27,856 nucleotides of DNA. Origin: a virus (Duplodnaviria; Caudoviricetes). Positions 17,311 through 25,516 of the stretch are shown here, in pieces (position 1 is the first letter of the stretch; each line of letters begins with the position of its first letter). Made by a program: the position numbers and the translations under genes. The notes under the pieces are model-generated. The model made no database searches. It was not told the origin of the DNA and worked only from the letters and a program-made list of their open reading frames with translations. The DNA lies in the IMG/VR virus record IMGVR_UViG_3300032288_004305, positions 1-27,856 of that record. One strand, given 5' to 3'.

Positions 17311-19213
17311 GTGCGATCTCGTGCGTACGTTGGAAACGTTCGAATTCAGTCCCGTGGTTTATTTAGACACGGAAACTACTGGGTTAGATCCTCGGGCTTC
17401 TCAGCTGCTTATGGTGCAGCTCGGTACGGAGGAGACTATCTATGTCTATGATTTCACGCGCATTCCCTTATCTGCTTTGCGTCACTTTGAGGGTGTGTTA
17501 ACCTCACCACAAACGATCAAAGTTATTCATAATGCGTCGTTTGATCTTAAGGTGTTTTACCACTTTGCTGGGTATATGGTTGAGCCGGTACACGATACGC
17601 GGTTCGCGGAGGTTCTGATTAAAGCTGGTATTGAGAATAAGTTTGATCTTGCCTCTGTGGCACAGCGTCGATTAAAAGTGTCATTGGACAAGTCTGTTCG
17701 TGATACGTTCATTGGTGCGTCGGGTATTGACTTGACAGACGATCAGATTACGTACGCCGCTACTGATGTTGCAGTATTGCCCGCTATTTACGCTCAGCAG
17801 CTAAAGGACATTCTCGATGCTGATTTACATCAAGTGTATCAACTAGAGATGGATCTTGTGCCGGTGGTCGCAAAGATGGAATACACTGGCATGCCATTTC
17901 ACAAGGACCATTTGATTGGTATTCAGCCAGTGCTTGATCAGTTAATAGCTGAGGCTGAGCGGGGCATGCAGGACGCGCTTATTAGCGCTGGGGTTGTGGA
18001 CCAGATCGTGTTTACAAAGGATGGGTATAGTGCGATTAACACCTCGTCCAATCAGCAAATGCTGGCCGCATTTAACGCTCTTGGTATAGACGTTACCGAC
18101 CTCAATGCACGCACGGTAACAGAGTGGGATTACCGTAATCGTAAGACTGCTTCAAAGTACGTACCGGACTCGTCGTTGTTCGAGGATGAGCTGCTCGAGT
18201 CGATTGACGCGTACGGTCGTTACGAGAATTTCTACCTTCGTATGCACGCGTATCTTGGCGGTGCACGGAAGCTTCAATCCACTTACGTACAGGGGCTCCA
18301 GTCAATGGAGTCGCCTATTACTAAGCGTATCCATGCGACGTTCACGCAGATTGGGGCCGCGACTGGGCGATTTAGTAGTTCACGGCCAAATATGCAAAAC
18401 CTTCCCTCGGATCAGAAGATGAAGAACTTAGGATTACCCCATAGCATACGTCATGCATTTGCGGTGAATGCAGAGACGCATCGAATGATTATCGCTGACT
18501 ACTCAACCATTGAGCTAGTAATTATCGCCGACGCCAGTGGGGATGAGGTTTTGGATAGTCATCTGGATGACTTGCATACGTTTGTTGCCCAGCAGATTCT
18601 TGGGGTCAAGGATATCAACAACAAGAACAAAAAAGAGCATCCATACAAGATCTGGCGTGATGTTGCCAAGATGGTGAACTACTCGATTGCTTACTCAGTT
18701 GGTGGCGAAAGTTTGGCCAAGCAGATGACCATTCAACTTGCCCCGCTGAATGTGAAGTTCAATGCAGCACAAGCGGATAAGATTATTGACTCATGGAAGG
18801 CGTTGTTTCCTCAAGCCACTGCTTGGCTCAAGAAGAGTGCTCGCAGTGCGGTAGTATACGGATGGGTAGCGGATTCGTTTGGACGCCGTCGCTACTGGAA
18901 CAGAGACGAGTTCTCTCAGAAATGGAAGAAGGAGGCAGCAGAGCGTGAGGCGATGAACTTCCCAATTCAGGGACTATCAGCTTCGATGGTAAAGTTGGCG
19001 CTTGTTGACACGTATAAACGGTTGGACGAGCAGCAGGCGTCTATCATCTCGACAGTGCACGATGAGATCATACTTGAGAGTACCATTGCGTACGCAGAGA
19101 CTGCGGCCAGTATACTCAAGGATGCAATGGAGAAGGCAGCACGTCAAGTGTTACCGCGGTTAGGTTCAAGTGTAGTAGTAGAACCCGCAATTAGTACGAG
19201 GTACGACAAATGA
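17285..19213 (+). CDS. polA: DNA polymerase family A (3'-5' exonuclease + polymerase, no 5'-3' exonuclease domain)
   Basis: GGAGGT RBS with GTG at 17285. Exonuclease motifs DTETTG, HNASFD, YAATD; TGRFSS; motif A ADYSTIEL; motif B RDVAKMVNYSIAY; motif C VHDEI. Confidence 0.95.
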   Translation: MQVQIVRSECDLVRTLETFEFSPVVYLDTETTGLDPRASQLLMVQLGTEETIYVYDFTRIPLSALRHFEGVLTSPQTIKVIHNASFDLKVFYHFAGYMVEPVHDTRFAEVLIKAGIENKFDLASVAQRRLKVSLDKSVRDTFIGASGIDLTDDQITYAATDVAVLPAIYAQQLKDILDADLHQVYQLEMDLVPVVAKMEYTGMPFHKDHLIGIQPVLDQLIAEAERGMQDALISAGVVDQIVFTKDGYSAINTSSNQQMLAAFNALGIDVTDLNARTVTEWDYRNRKTASKYVPDSSLFEDELLESIDAYGRYENFYLRMHAYLGGARKLQSTYVQGLQSMESPITKRIHATFTQIGAATGRFSSSRPNMQNLPSDQKMKNLGLPHSIRHAFAVNAETHRMIIADYSTIELVIIADASGDEVLDSHLDDLHTFVAQQILGVKDINNKNKKEHPYKIWRDVAKMVNYSIAYSVGGESLAKQMTIQLAPLNVKFNAAQADKIIDSWKALFPQATAWLKKSARSAVVYGWVADSFGRRRYWNRDEFSQKWKKEAAEREAMNFPIQGLSASMVKLALVDTYKRLDEQQASIISTVHDEIILESTIAYAETAASILKDAMEKAARQVLPRLGSSVVVEPAISTRYDK

Positions 19214-20160
19214 CACGTAAGTTAGACACGACCGGATTGAACTTTGGGGATAATCCTCAAGACTTCGAATACTACCCAAGTAGTATTATTTCACTAAACC
19301 AGTTACTTGGTGGCCAAGGGATTCGCGGGGGGTTGATTGTTCAGCTCCTCGCAGACGCAGGACATGGTAAGACAACATTAGCTCTTGATTACGTAGCTCA
19401 GGCACAGCGTAAGGGTATAAAAGACGTGCCAATTACTATCGGTAAAGTAACGCGTAATATCAATGCGCTTTTCATCGATCTTGAGCGAACATACGATGCC
19501 ACGTATGCCGCTACCATCGGTGTAGATACGAGTAAGCTGCTTGTATACAAACCTGATTTTGCTGAGCAAGCATTACCGCAGGTTGAGGCACTATTGTCCC
19601 AAGGTCTTCAAGTTGTAGTGTTTGATAGTGTACCCGCAATGATTACCAAGGACGAGTTTGAAAAGGACATGGACGATCCAGCGCGCATGGCCGGATCCGC
19701 TGGTGTACTAAGCCGTTGGTTAATTCGCCTTGTGGGTTTGGTCGATAACGCGAAAGCACTTATGATTTTTATCAATCAGTATCGTGCTAACCTTTCACCA
19801 ATGGCGCGTACTAATAAGAAGCCGTTTGGACCATACGCGTTGCGATATAATTCCGGCGTAATTATCGAGCTTGTTCGTATTAAGACTGAAGAAGAACTTG
19901 TTACTATCCAAGCAACGGTGTCGAAGTCTAAGCAGGGTGGTAATGGTTCACGATGTGAGTATATTATGCGACAAGGACGTGGACTTGCGCCTGAGTACGA
20001 CGTGTTGTCGTTAGCTCTAGAGTATGGTATAATACGGAAAGCCGGGGCGTGGTATGAATTTAAAGGGCAAAAGGCTCAGGGTCTTGAAAACTGTTTACAA
20101 CAGTTTGATATGACAGAACTTCACCGGTTAGTTTTAGAAGGGAGATCCAGCAATGAGTGA
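19210..20160 (+). CDS. recA: RecA/UvsX-like recombinase
   Basis: Walker A ADAGHGKTT, FIDLE, VVFDSV, IFINQYR and C-terminal GIIRKAGAWY as in RecA. Confidence 0.88.
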   Translation: MTRKLDTTGLNFGDNPQDFEYYPSSIISLNQLLGGQGIRGGLIVQLLADAGHGKTTLALDYVAQAQRKGIKDVPITIGKVTRNINALFIDLERTYDATYAATIGVDTSKLLVYKPDFAEQALPQVEALLSQGLQVVVFDSVPAMITKDEFEKDMDDPARMAGSAGVLSRWLIRLVGLVDNAKALMIFINQYRANLSPMARTNKKPFGPYALRYNSGVIIELVRIKTEEELVTIQATVSKSKQGGNGSRCEYIMRQGRGLAPEYDVLSLALEYGIIRKAGAWYEFKGQKAQGLENCLQQFDMTELHRLVLEGRSSNE

Positions 20161-20503
20161 TCTGCAAACTTGGGTATCCAATGCACCTGACTACTATGAT
20201 ATGACTCGTGCGTATAAGTCGCTGGGCCGTATTAAGCAGCTAGTCATTTTAAAAGAGCGTGATATCGAACGGATTGAGCAACAGATAGTAATCGAGGATG
20301 ACAAGCCTCGAAGTAATGCAGCAAGAGCAAAACGATTTCAAGCCACAGCAGTATTGTTAGATGAACTGGCAGAATTGAAAGGTGAGTTAGCGGTGTTAGA
20401 TGCGTATTGCAAGCAGCTCGAGTTTGCCAAGTCGATGTTTGCGTCATCAGCATATACGATCAAAATGCGGTTTGATTCACCAGTAGGAGATGACAGTGAG
20501 TAA
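20153..20503 (+). CDS. Coiled-coil hypothetical protein (possible UvsY-like recombination mediator)
   Basis: 116 aa, predicted all-helical, directly downstream of the RecA-like gene. The UvsY idea rests on synteny only. Confidence 0.4.
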   Translation: MSDLQTWVSNAPDYYDMTRAYKSLGRIKQLVILKERDIERIEQQIVIEDDKPRSNAARAKRFQATAVLLDELAELKGELAVLDAYCKQLEFAKSMFASSAYTIKMRFDSPVGDDSE

Positions 20504-21266
20504 TCTACCAGAGTTTAGTGCTTCGCGGTTCAACACGTACAAAACGTGTGCTCGTATGTACTACTATCAGTATCATGAGTCACAGCCAAAAAGCGTTCAT
20601 GCGTACACAGTGATGGGTAGTGCGTTGCACTACGCGATCGAGCACTACTACAAGTCAAAAGAACTACCGTTGAGTGTATTCTCGACAAAGTTTAATGAGT
20701 TGTCTCGAGCAGCTGCGTCCTCTGAGACTGGTATCGTGGCTGGTAATCTTATTAGTAAGGCACACCAGATCGGTCAGGACATTATTCGTGAGTTTGATTG
20801 GGGTAAATTAAACCCAGTCGAGATTGAGTTTGGCTTTCGACTTCCTTTTCCGCGGGAGAATCCGCTAGTAATTATGCGCGGGTTTATCGACATGATTACT
20901 GAGGAAGGATACATTCTTGACCATAAAAGTGCTGGCAAGCGGCCAACCAAGGCAGAGCTTGCAGTAAATCCGCAACTTTTATTGTATGTATGGGCATACG
21001 AGCAAGTGTATGGGAAGAAACCAGAGAAAGTATTCTGGCATCACCTACGAACCGCTGAACTTATTGAAGCCGACGTAATGGTAGACTACGAGCAAAAACT
21101 TGCGAAGCTTACTGAGCTTCTTCAGTCGATTCTTAGTGATAAGCAATTTATTAAGCAACCTTATGGGTATTTTTGCACTAATCTTTGCAGCTATCACGAC
21201 CTTTGCTGGGTAAACACACATGAAAAGTCGTCTGTTACTTCGGGAGGAATTGAGGGACTATTTTAA
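20496..21266 (+). CDS. Cas4/RecB-like PD-(D/E)XK exonuclease
   Basis: AGGAG RBS with GTG at 20496. SASRFNTYKTC, GSALH, GFIDMI, LDHKS, QLLLY and C-terminal CxxxCxxxxxC give the 1+3 Cys Fe-S pattern. Confidence 0.85.
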   Translation: MSNLPEFSASRFNTYKTCARMYYYQYHESQPKSVHAYTVMGSALHYAIEHYYKSKELPLSVFSTKFNELSRAAASSETGIVAGNLISKAHQIGQDIIREFDWGKLNPVEIEFGFRLPFPRENPLVIMRGFIDMITEEGYILDHKSAGKRPTKAELAVNPQLLLYVWAYEQVYGKKPEKVFWHHLRTAELIEADVMVDYEQKLAKLTELLQSILSDKQFIKQPYGYFCTNLCSYHDLCWVNTHEKSSVTSGGIEGLF

Positions 21267-21606
21267 TGACAGACTTCCCACCGATGATGGAATCTCATAT
21301 CAGCAGGCATTGCAGCAAAATGCTCGGTTTATGCTAGATAATCATCCAATGTCATTAATTTTATTACGAGAGTGGGGCGAGGGTTACACACTATTTGAAA
21401 TATCGATGCGGAACGGTCTCCATTTAGGAGTTGTCCGCGATATTTTGAAGTTTTGTTTTGAGTTACTAGGGCGTAAGCTTGATGTTGAAGACGGGAGTGT
21501 TTTGAACACTATTCCTGCACAACTAAGGCCGATGGCTAAAAACGTGTTTCATGCATATTACGACACGTTTACAGAATTACCAGAGAGGGAGGTAGACATG
21601 GTATGA
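21220..21606 (+). CDS. Sigma70 region-4-like HTH protein
   Basis: LILLREWGEGYTLFEISMRNGLHLGVVRDIL matches the region-4 pattern (EGY(T/S)xxEIAxxxG...V). Confidence 0.5.
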   Translation: MKSRLLLREELRDYFNDRLPTDDGISYQQALQQNARFMLDNHPMSLILLREWGEGYTLFEISMRNGLHLGVVRDILKFCFELLGRKLDVEDGSVLNTIPAQLRPMAKNVFHAYYDTFTELPEREVDMV

Positions 21607-21836
21607 AAAAACGAACACTTACCGAAGATGCACTGCGTAAAGTGCATATAGAGGTAGACGGATCGGTCGTCGCTTTAGTAGTGTCGAGCTCATGGGCAGG
21701 GGAAAAGCAGCCATTGCTTATCCCACTCTTTGTGGAAAATGAGCCTACAGTGCAGCAATCACTAGATAAGATTGCAAGTCATTTGGTCACTTTCGGATTG
21801 TACATTCGCGAGTTGGCTCGAGAGGAGAAGAAGTGA
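21603..21836 (+). CDS. Hypothetical protein
   Basis: 77 aa with 4-nt overlaps to the genes on both sides. Confidence 0.6.
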   Translation: MKKRTLTEDALRKVHIEVDGSVVALVVSSSWAGEKQPLLIPLFVENEPTVQQSLDKIASHLVTFGLYIRELAREEKK

Positions 21837-22855
21837 AAGGCGTTTATTTTAGTAATGGCCGCTACGGCATCCGCTGGTGGGATCCAGAGCAGAAAAAGTC
21901 TATTCATGGCGGTCGTTTTGCCACTTACGAAGAGGCTTGTGAGGCGCTTGTTAATCGCACCAAGGCGGATGACAAACCGATTATCACTGGCGTTAGTACA
22001 CAAGTAGACGACAGTGAGTTTGAGGAATTGGTTGCTATTGGCGTCAAGGCATTTAAAACTGCGAAGGAGCATCACGATGCAAAAAACAGCCAACATATTT
22101 ATCTTGGGGAGAAGCCTACTGGAATTGCTTTTCTAAGTGATCTCCATTTGGGTAACGCGGGGACTGACTACGAGGCTATTCTTCAAGACACCAACCTCAT
22201 TGTCAATACTCCGGGAATGTACGCCGCTTTCCACGGTGATGGTATTGACAACTGGATTGTGGGTAAGTTACAGGCGCTTCAGCGAGGTCAAGCCGGGAAC
22301 TTTCAGTTCGAAATCAATATCTTTCGCAGCTGGCTTCGTAAAATCCACCAAAAGTTACTGTTAGTTGTTGCTGGCAACCATGACAACTGGACTAAGAAGA
22401 TTTCGGGCCTTGATTTGATTCCTGAGTTGCTTGGTGATACGCATGTACTGTACGATCCATACGAGACGCGTGTGACGCTCTTCTGTGGGCCCGCCGCGTG
22501 GGATGTGCTTGTCCGCCATCAATGGAAGTACAGCAGTGTCTTTAACCCTACTCACGGTATTGAGGTTGGTCACGACCGCATGAGCAATCCGTTTGACATT
22601 GGCGTGGGCGGTCACACGCACATTGGTACGTTAATGCGGCCATTTTTTCGGCACGGACGTGAGAAACTTGCTATACTTACAGGAGCGTACAAGCGATTTG
22701 ACTCATATTCAAAAGAGTTAGGGTACGCAGAGACAGTTACGACGGGTTGTGGTGCAGTGATTTTTCATCCGGACGGTCGTATCTGGTACTCATCTAACCT
22801 GAAGACAGCGTGTGAGTATTTAACGTATTTACGAAAGGGGTATCGTGATGAGTGA
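21833..22855 (+). CDS. Calcineurin-like metallophosphoesterase with N-terminal AP2-like DNA-binding domain
   Basis: Metal motifs SDLH, GDGID, GNHD, RH, GHTH. N-terminus KGVY...RYGIRWWD...GRFATYEEACEA resembles AP2. Confidence 0.8.
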   Translation: MKGVYFSNGRYGIRWWDPEQKKSIHGGRFATYEEACEALVNRTKADDKPIITGVSTQVDDSEFEELVAIGVKAFKTAKEHHDAKNSQHIYLGEKPTGIAFLSDLHLGNAGTDYEAILQDTNLIVNTPGMYAAFHGDGIDNWIVGKLQALQRGQAGNFQFEINIFRSWLRKIHQKLLLVVAGNHDNWTKKISGLDLIPELLGDTHVLYDPYETRVTLFCGPAAWDVLVRHQWKYSSVFNPTHGIEVGHDRMSNPFDIGVGGHTHIGTLMRPFFRHGREKLAILTGAYKRFDSYSKELGYAETVTTGCGAVIFHPDGRIWYSSNLKTACEYLTYLRKGYRDE

Positions 22856-23027
22856 TTATTGTGAGCAATGCGGCGATGTTATTGATGAAAATCAGTACGA
22901 CGGTATTTGTCGTTTCTGCTACCTGCAAGTGCACCCAGAAGAAGACCAGCGTACTGCTGAATATCAAGCGCTGCAGGAGATTGCAATGCGTCATCACTAC
23001 GCACAGGTATACTATGGTCAAGACTAA
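22848..23027 (+). CDS. Small zinc-finger-like protein
   Basis: CEQC...CRFC in 59 aa; overlaps both neighbours. Confidence 0.55.
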   Translation: MSDYCEQCGDVIDENQYDGICRFCYLQVHPEEDQRTAEYQALQEIAMRHHYAQVYYGQD

Positions 23028-23223
23028 TCGTACAAGTCAACTTTTACTTCAGGAGCTGGCTGAATCAGGGACTACGGCAGAAGATTTGGCAGAATTCATG
23101 GATGTTTCTGTCGAGCGCGTGTGGCAGATTCTCAACGGAGAAATCATGCCGCAAGTATCGGAGCGATTAAAGATCGCTGATTGGTTTTCGCTTAATCCAT
23201 TAGTACTGTGGGGGACTCGCTGA
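23014..23223 (+). CDS. XRE/Cro-C1-type helix-turn-helix regulator
   Basis: From ATG 23014: GTTAEDLAEFMDVSVERVWQILNGEIMP...KIADWF, a classic HTH_3 pattern. Confidence 0.8.
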   Translation: MVKTNRTSQLLLQELAESGTTAEDLAEFMDVSVERVWQILNGEIMPQVSERLKIADWFSLNPLVLWGTR

Positions 23224-23912
23224 TGTATGTAAAACTGCAAGGAAAAACGCAGCCAGAGGACGCAGCAATCTCTATTGAGGAGTTTGTTACGTACTTAGCT
23301 CGAGTGAGCAACCCTAAGAATCAAGGGAATCACGCAACAAGCAAACGTCTTTGGCGATACTTGCTCCGAAAGAAACACTACTCGCCGTTAGAGATGGTTA
23401 ACTTAGTCATTGAGATTGTTGCGCCGCGTGACATCACACGGCAGATTTTACGGCATCGAAGCTTTGCGTTTCAGGAGCTGAGTCAACGGTACACAAGTCC
23501 GTTGGAGCTTGGTAAAGAATTGCGAGAGGCACGCTTACAGGACAACACTAATCGTCAGAACAGCATCGAGCTTCCTGATGGTCCTGAGAGCGAATGGTTA
23601 CGGGAAGAGTGGGCACGGCGTCAGGCACGCGTCATTGACGTCGCCCATGAGCAATATAACTGGGCGCTTGAAGCTGGAATCGCAAAAGAATTGGCCCGGG
23701 TTGTACTTCCAGAGGGGAACACGATGTCTCGTATCTACATGAATGGTACGCTACGGTCATGGTTACATTACTGTTATGTACGCATGGGGCCTGAGACACA
23801 GAAGGAACATCGTGAAGTGGCTACGAAGTGTTGGGAGATTGTGGTGTCGGTTTTTCCTGTTCTTGGGGAACCTGAGTTTAATCCACAAAACGCATGGAAA
23901 GGAGAGGAGTGA
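23223..23912 (+). CDS. thyX: FAD-dependent thymidylate synthase ThyX
   Basis: ThyX motif RHRSFAFQELSQRY, plus HYSPLE, ELARVVLP and TQKEHR. TGATG overlap start. Confidence 0.95.
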   Translation: MYVKLQGKTQPEDAAISIEEFVTYLARVSNPKNQGNHATSKRLWRYLLRKKHYSPLEMVNLVIEIVAPRDITRQILRHRSFAFQELSQRYTSPLELGKELREARLQDNTNRQNSIELPDGPESEWLREEWARRQARVIDVAHEQYNWALEAGIAKELARVVLPEGNTMSRIYMNGTLRSWLHYCYVRMGPETQKEHREVATKCWEIVVSVFPVLGEPEFNPQNAWKGEE

Positions 23913-23914
23913 TT

Positions 23915-24262
23915 ATGGAGTCAAAGCACACAGCGGAGCTCATACGTGTTGATGCGTATGAGGCGTACCCAAAACAGCGTGCGGAGTTTGAGGCCATTCT
24001 TCAGCAGTTACTGCGATTACACATTGCAAAGACCGCCGATTACAGCCCTACAAACATCAATGGGGTCGGAGAAATTGGTATTACGGTGCGTCTCTGGGAC
24101 AAGATGGCACGGTTAATGAACTTGTTGGGCTGGGATATTACGACGGGGTCACTGCGGAACGCAAAAGATCCGAAGAATGAGCCAATTGAAGACACACTTC
24201 TTGATTTGGCCAGCTACGCGATTATTATGCTAATCTACCGCCGCGGTAAATGGGGGAAATAA
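23915..24262 (+). CDS. DUF1599 / nucleotide-modification-associated domain 1-like all-alpha protein
   Basis: KTADY...RLWDKMARL...EPIEDTLLDLASYAII signature; GAGGAG RBS with ATG at 23915. Confidence 0.75.
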   Translation: MESKHTAELIRVDAYEAYPKQRAEFEAILQQLLRLHIAKTADYSPTNINGVGEIGITVRLWDKMARLMNLLGWDITTGSLRNAKDPKNEPIEDTLLDLASYAIIMLIYRRGKWGK

Positions 24263-24263
24263 G

Positions 24264-24545
24264 ATGAGTGAAGAAATGAATGTGCCCGTAGTAGTACCGG
24301 AGTATAATCCCGCTACTGATCCTATGCATCCGTACGGTAAAGCGTGTAGTGTCTGCTCCACTGAATTTGACGAAGATGAGTGGGGTATCATGGGGTGGTT
24401 GGGTATTCTTCCGGTCAGCTTTTGTGTGACATGTACAACTGGTATCTATAACATGGTGCTACAATCGCTGGACGTTGAGGAAGTAGAGATGATTCTTGAA
24501 GAGAAGCGTGCTGAAGCAGCTGGAGAAGTAACTCAGCAAGCGTAG
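24264..24545 (+). CDS. Hypothetical acidic zinc-finger-like protein
   Basis: CSVC...CVTC in 93 aa. Confidence 0.55.
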   Translation: MSEEMNVPVVVPEYNPATDPMHPYGKACSVCSTEFDEDEWGIMGWLGILPVSFCVTCTTGIYNMVLQSLDVEEVEMILEEKRAEAAGEVTQQA

Positions 24546-24550
24546 TAAGG

Positions 24551-24585
24551 GGATGCAGCATCAGCGTAGATGCTGCATTCTTTTT
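24551..24585 (+). terminator. Intrinsic terminator-like hairpin abutting tRNA-Arg
   Basis: 12-bp stem GGATGCAGCATC / GATGCTGCATTC (one G-U pair), loop AGCGTA, followed by TTTTT. Confidence 0.75.
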
Positions 24586-24661
24586 GCCGGTGTAACTCAA
24601 TGGACAGAGTAACTGCCTTCTAAGCAGTAAGTTGTGGGTTCGAGTCCCGCCACCGGCACCA
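24586..24661 (+). tRNA. tRNA-Arg (anticodon UCU)
   Basis: Acceptor GCCGGTG/CACCGGC, D stem ACTC/GAGT with A20, anticodon arm ACTGC-CTTCTAA-GCAGT, T loop TTCGAGT, encoded CCA; 76 nt. Confidence 0.95.
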
Positions 24662-24700
24662 GTTACTTTTAGACAAACATAAGGAGTTAGACAAAAAAAA

Positions 24701-25504
24701 ATGAATGTTATTTTTGGTGTATACAGCGGGTATAATAGTTTAAAAACTAGTAAAGGCGGGATATATTACTTTGCGAAAAGCTTAAGAAAGCACAATAAAG
24801 ATTGCAAAGTAATTATACTATGCGAAAGAGGGAAGCTGTTTAAAGAATTAGAGGATCTATGCAACGAGTATAACTTCGATATTTACAGCGATTTCGTTTT
24901 TAACTATGATTTGATGCTGCATCGATACGAGATCTATCATCAAATACTCGAAAAGTGGGGTAGTGAAAAAATTGACAAAATAATGCTTTGCGATCTAGAC
25001 GATGTTATTTTTCAAGGGGATCCTTTTTCAATTCAGTTTGACGAGCAAATTTACTGTGCTGCTGAGTGTAACATACTTTCAGATAGAGACAATGGCAGCT
25101 CAGGTTTAAATAGATACTGGATTGAGCACGCATCCTCTGTAGCCGAATACAATAACAACAATTTTGAAAATCAGCCAGTTGTGTGTGCCGGTACAATCTT
25201 AGGTACGTACTCAGGTGTAATGAACTGTTTGCAATTTTATCTTGATGTGCAGCGCAGAAAATCTGGTTCTAAAGATTTCTTCGATCAAGGACTATATAAC
25301 ATTTATATCTACAACTACATAGACGCACACTTTAGAAAAATTCTATTGCACAGAGACTCTCAAATATTAACATTAGATAGTGTTGTTTTTGATAGTTTGA
25401 ATGTTCGAGATAATAAAATAGTCAATGATGTCGGGGAACTCTACATTGTTTTGCACCAAATTAACAGGTGTAATCCTGAATTTATGAAGAGCTTAGTTGA
25501 TTAG
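24701..25504 (+). CDS. GT-A-fold glycosyltransferase-like protein
   Basis: DLDDVIFQGDPF (DxD), CAGTILG, DQGLYN and HQINR motifs; markedly AT-rich. Confidence 0.7.
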   Translation: MNVIFGVYSGYNSLKTSKGGIYYFAKSLRKHNKDCKVIILCERGKLFKELEDLCNEYNFDIYSDFVFNYDLMLHRYEIYHQILEKWGSEKIDKIMLCDLDDVIFQGDPFSIQFDEQIYCAAECNILSDRDNGSSGLNRYWIEHASSVAEYNNNNFENQPVVCAGTILGTYSGVMNCLQFYLDVQRRKSGSKDFFDQGLYNIYIYNYIDAHFRKILLHRDSQILTLDSVVFDSLNVRDNKIVNDVGELYIVLHQINRCNPEFMKSLVD

Positions 25505-25516
25505 GGGGAAAGTTCG

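Noticed and set aside
20496-21266. Cas4-like gene as evidence of a CRISPR-Cas system
   Set aside because: No repeat-spacer array or other cas genes were seen. Solo Cas4-like nucleases are common in phage replication modules.
22852-23013. N-terminal extension of the 123-aa ORF in the track
   Set aside because: It overlaps the zinc-finger ORF in another frame. The HTH domain begins at ATG 23014.
23014-23223. XRE HTH as a prophage repressor, implying a temperate lifestyle
   Set aside because: No peptidase domain, divergent promoter pair, integrase or att site in the window; it is co-oriented within an operon.
17285-23912. Introns or inteins in the polymerase, RecA-like gene or thyX
   Set aside because: All are uninterrupted, of normal or compact length, and lack intein or homing-endonuclease motifs.
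24612-24628. CTA in the anticodon loop suggesting an amber suppressor tRNA and stop-codon recoding
   Set aside because: The 7-nt loop is CTTCTAA, so the centred anticodon is TCT (Arg), and A20 supports Arg identity. Genes end normally at TAG and read intact under the standard code.
24731-24736. TATAAT inside the first GT-A gene
   Set aside because: No -35 at a suitable spacing; expected by chance in AT-rich coding DNA.
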